Below, one piece after another: positions 62,656 through 64,000 of a stretch of DNA of 64,000 nt; position 1 is the stretch's first letter; each line of letters starts with the position of its first letter. The position numbers and the translations under genes are program-made. Source of the DNA: Octopus sinensis (taxonomy: Eukaryota); NCBI RefSeq assembly GCF_006345805.1, contig NC_043009.1, forward strand, positions 70,122,001 through 70,186,000. The letters are read 5' to 3'. A model generated the notes under the pieces. It was not told where the DNA came from. It did no database searches and was given only the letters and a program-made list of their open reading frames with translations.

Positions 62656-63475
62656 ACTAGCTTAAAGTGATCCGCTCTACGCGCGGGTGAGGGTGTGGTT
62701 ATTACTTTCTGTTTCTTATCGCCACATTCTACCTCTTTGTTTCTCTCTCCTTTCTCTCTCACTTTCCCACTCTCTTACTCTCGGACTCTCCCTCTCTTTC
62801 TCTTACACTCTATCTTTCTCTCTCCCATTTATAAAAAACAAAAAGATCTCGAGTAAGTTGAGAAAGAAAATATTTTGAAAGATCAATCATAAATATCAGG
62901 CAGTGACAACGGAAGGACACTTGCCTTTTGTACGTGCCACTATTGGAGCGATTAAAAATAAGGAAGAAAAGGATTTCTTTGTTAAATTTAGTAATTATTT
63001 TGGGAATTTTTCGACGATTGACCATACAAATGAAAGCTGTAAACACGGGCTACATGCAGCTGTAAATTTCTTTCAGAAAAAATGAAAACCGTAAGCAATA
63101 AAAATTAAAAGGCAAAAATACGTAAAAATGAGACACTTCAAAAATTTTGCCTTAATTTTCAAAATTTGGAACCCATTTTCCGCACTTAAATTACAAATCC
63201 GCTTCCACTTTACCATGTTGAAAATTTCATTGAAATCGGGCCAAAGGTATCCAATCTAGACCCCAAAGTGTCCTCAAAAATCAATAAAATTCCCGTTTTC
63301 ACACCAAAGCAACCAATGTAGTGCCCCAAAACGTCTCCCAATCAATTTCTCACCTCAAGTTATCCCCTCCTGTTAATTTCAATCCCCTTCCAGCCCCATT
63401 TAGACCCCTTTTTACATAAAAATCTAATTTGCATCAACGTTCTCCTTCTTCATTTTATAGATTAGATTAGATGCC
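62656..63475 (+). mobile_element. Second helentron/HINE-like element
   Basis: Starts ACTAG followed by a GC hairpin ccgc..gcgg (62672-62686); internal aaatttcattgaaatcgg core; ends ...ttttatagattagattagat. Confidence 0.5.
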
Positions 63476-63771
63476 AATAGCGCCAATCTGGAGGGGCTTA
63501 GAGCCCCCTTGAATCGATAAAAAATCACTCTTCTCACCATAGCAACCGCATCTTTTAACCTACTCAACTCTCTGCCTCATCACGCATTCTATGCCTGTTG
63601 AGAATCGTAAACTATCTGATGAAGTTAGTTCAGAAAGTCACATAAAATTTGACTAATGAGTCTATAATTTTGTGTAGTAAATTTGCAATTCACAAGGTAC
63701 CAACGATAGGGATGATTTCAGAAAGAGGCGAACGGAAATAGATCTAACGGATGATGAAACTTTTCTTACAG

Positions 63772-63831
<60 letters not shown>

Positions 63832-63842
63832 ACAAGTGAAGT

Positions 63843-63878
<36 letters not shown>
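63772..63878. repeat. (AT)n microsatellites
   Basis: Directly visible. Confidence 0.95.
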
Positions 63879-63879
<1 letters not shown>

Positions 63880-64000
63880 AAGATGAGTGAGTGATTGAGA
63901 GGAAATTATTCGCTTGTGCTTAAGGAAGGAATATATGATTTGTCTCCTAGGAGAATATGAGTAAGATGTCCAGTTTAGAATTATATAGATACATAATACA

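Overview
Eukaryotic, AT-rich, microsatellite-saturated DNA whose SINE, LINE and MITE families look like those I recall from octopus (cephalopod) genomes. The window is probably intronic or intergenic. I recognise no intact cellular protein-coding gene, and nearly all ORFs in the supplied track are translations of simple repeats or antisense readings of retroelement relics. Content: (i) about 20 tRNA-derived SINE copies from 4 families; (ii) several R4/Dong-like restriction-like-endonuclease (RLE) LINE relics, including a full-length copy at 57978-61350 whose 5' two-thirds is inverted in twin-priming geometry; (iii) a 5'-intact, 3'-truncated L1/Tx1-like LINE with a gag zinc knuckle and the start of an APE domain, plus RTE, CR1/Jockey-like, HERO-like and Penelope-like fragments; (iv) a mariner MITE, two helentron-like (HINE) elements and a TIR element carrying TTAGGG repeats; (v) about 11 hammerhead-ribozyme-like cores with unrelated stem II sequences, six of them arranged as three head-to-head inverted pairs; (vi) a CpG-rich, palindrome/hairpin-rich promoter-like island at 9.64-9.97 kb, a coding-like frame interrupted by stops at 6.4-7.2 kb, and a few candidate minus-strand microexons. 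All alignments and foldings were done by eye. No database search was run.
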